Virus record (IMG/VR): IMGVR_UViG_3300045988_021489
Reading direction: 5' to 3' (one strand)
Source of the DNA: a virus
Length of the DNA: 11,733 bases
Part shown: piece by piece, positions 11,460 to 11,733 of the stretch
Position numbering within the stretch: the stretch's first letter is position 1
Layout of the letters: each line of letters begins with the position of its first letter
Made by a program: the position numbers and the translations under genes
The notes under the pieces: model-generated
The model's input: only the letters and a program-made list of their open reading frames with translations
Told to the model about the DNA's origin: nothing
The model's database searches: none

Positions 11460-11681
11460 GTTGTGTTCCACGTGAAACAATTTATTTTGTGCATCGGTGT
11501 GGCAGTGTTCCACGTGAAACAATTTCACGGGCGCACACGCATAACAAAAACCGTGCCAAAGTCGGGCGCAATGTGTTAAATTTTGGTAATTGCGACCCAT
11601 AGCAAAAAGCGTGCCACAAAGTGTTTGCAAATGTTAAAAGTGCGTTGGGAAACGTTAAATAGGGGTCAGTAGCGTACCTTT
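11460..11681. repeat. Right inverted terminal repeat (222 bp). It contains mirror copies of the sigma-54-like element (11601..11616, minus strand) and of the 21-bp repeats (11463..11483, 11505..11525).
   Basis: It is the exact reverse complement of 53..274. Confidence 0.97.
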
Positions 11682-11733
11682 AGATCGGAAGAGCGGTTCA
11701 GCAGGAATGCCGAGACCGATATCGTATGCCGTC
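11682..11733. other. Illumina adapter (reverse complement of 1..52), library artefact
   Basis: AGATCGGAAGAGCGGTTCAGCAGGAATGCCGAGACCGATATCGTATGCCGTC. Confidence 0.9.

Noticed and set aside
11448-11630. 60-aa ORF inside the right ITR (its mirror on the left is 104..280, with a TTG start)
   Set aside because: It starts with TTG. It is made largely of the ITR repeat elements (FHVEH appears twice from the 21-bp repeat). It ends differently at the two ends because it runs out of the ITR. It overlaps the promoter-like elements, so it is most likely non-coding.

Overview
The window is a complete linear dsDNA phage genome of 11,629 bp (53..11681). Each end is capped by 52 nt of Illumina paired-end adapter, which is a library artefact. 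The genome has perfect 222-bp inverted terminal repeats (ITRs) that begin 5'-AAAGGTA. Its gene set is that of a phi29-like, protein-primed podophage. On the minus strand, right to left, it encodes three small early proteins, a terminal-protein candidate, a family-B protein-primed DNA polymerase and a gp16-like packaging ATPase, followed by a terminator and a late promoter. The late block then encodes a small transmembrane protein, a gp10-like portal, a scaffold or adaptor candidate, the major capsid protein, an internal terminator and three tail-protein ORFs. One 120-aa gene sits on the plus strand at the left end, converging on a bidirectional terminator. The regulatory signals look Bacteroidota-like (TAnnTTTG -7 boxes, no Shine-Dalgarno sequences). 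No tRNA, integrase, CRISPR array or recognisable endolysin was found. The main observations: (1) Single in-frame TAA codons interrupt two essential genes, although TAA is clearly the normal terminator elsewhere. The polymerase is cut between Exo I and Exo II. The tail gene is cut twice, once inside a repeated protein module, and the downstream pieces lack ATG starts. (2) Adjacent genes are unusually often in the same reading phase. (3) Each ITR carries an exact sigma-54-type -24/-12 element plus two TGT-N10-ACA palindromes. (4) The portal ends in a 69-residue hyper-acidic tail encoded by tandem DNA repeats. (5) Four tandem modules of about 80 aa lie within the tail-protein frame. All homology statements come from remembered motifs and reading by eye, not from database searches.
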